A stretch of 64,000 bases of DNA, taken from assembly GCA_013265495.1 (NCBI GenBank), contig MU058636.1:8701425-8765424 (forward strand). Direction: 5' to 3'. The position numbers and the translations under genes are program-made. The notes under the pieces were generated by a model, which made no database searches, was not told where the DNA came from, and saw only the letters and a program-made list of their open reading frames with translations. This DNA comes from Vicugna vicugna (Eukaryota). Shown here piece after piece: positions 63,698 through 64,000 of this stretch (position 1 is its first letter; the number at the start of each line of letters is the position of its first letter).

Positions 63698-64000
63698 ATT
63701 ACCGAGTCCAAACTCATTCTGCTCATTACATGGCAGGCCAGTAAATTGGGAGATGAGGTGTTGGGGTAAGGAATAATGACTTTTTTTTGGAAAGCCAGCA
63801 GACCAAGAATGTCCTGGAGAACCATCTTAGCAGGGTCAGAATTCAGACTCCTTTTACGCTATAAAGGGGAACTGACTCCTTTTACGCTATAAAGGGGAAG
63901 GAATGTGGTTGGGTGATGCAAATTTCTTGGTGTCGAAACCCTTTTTTCTTGCAGCTGTCCACGTAAGTCAGGTCAGGATGTTTCTGTATACCTCCTACAA
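63698..64000 (-). mobile_element. ERV LTR related to the two solo LTRs, running off the window
   Basis: ttaccgagtccaaac...caggccagt...ttggggtaaggaata...gaaagccagcagacc...agaaccatctt is the reverse complement of the U5/R end of 61207-61730. Confidence 0.8.

Noticed and set aside
1..64000. Prokaryotic-type systems (CRISPR array, operons, defence islands)
   Set aside because: The sequence is mammalian and repeat-rich. There are no regularly spaced repeat-spacer units and no long ORFs; the 22-bp x3 repeat at 61922 has no spacers.

Overview
AT-rich mammalian genomic DNA, not prokaryotic. Four tRNA-derived SINEs resembling the Vic-1 family, plus cetartiodactyl-type L1 3' ends, point to a camelid (inference). 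Much of the window is interspersed repeat: MIR, L2, old and young L1, MaLR/MLT1, MER20/MER5/MER63/MER58 hAT elements and at least five ERV-type LTRs. None of the ORFs in the track is a credible stand-alone gene. The unique sequence looks like the interior of a large, unidentified + strand gene. It has three short exon candidates with long pyrimidine tracts and GTAAGT donors (37, 24 and 27 nt) that chain in frame, plus weaker candidate alternative terminal and first exons. The most striking unexplained structure is a non-repeat 34-nt inverted repeat (33/34 complementary, extendable with G-U pairs on the + strand). Its arms lie about 1.6 kb apart (39108-39141 and 40741-40774) and flank a CpG-rich unique element, making it a candidate long-range RNA duplex controlling splicing or editing. 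Repeat family names come from recalled consensus sequences, not a database search. Boundaries of old repeats are approximate.
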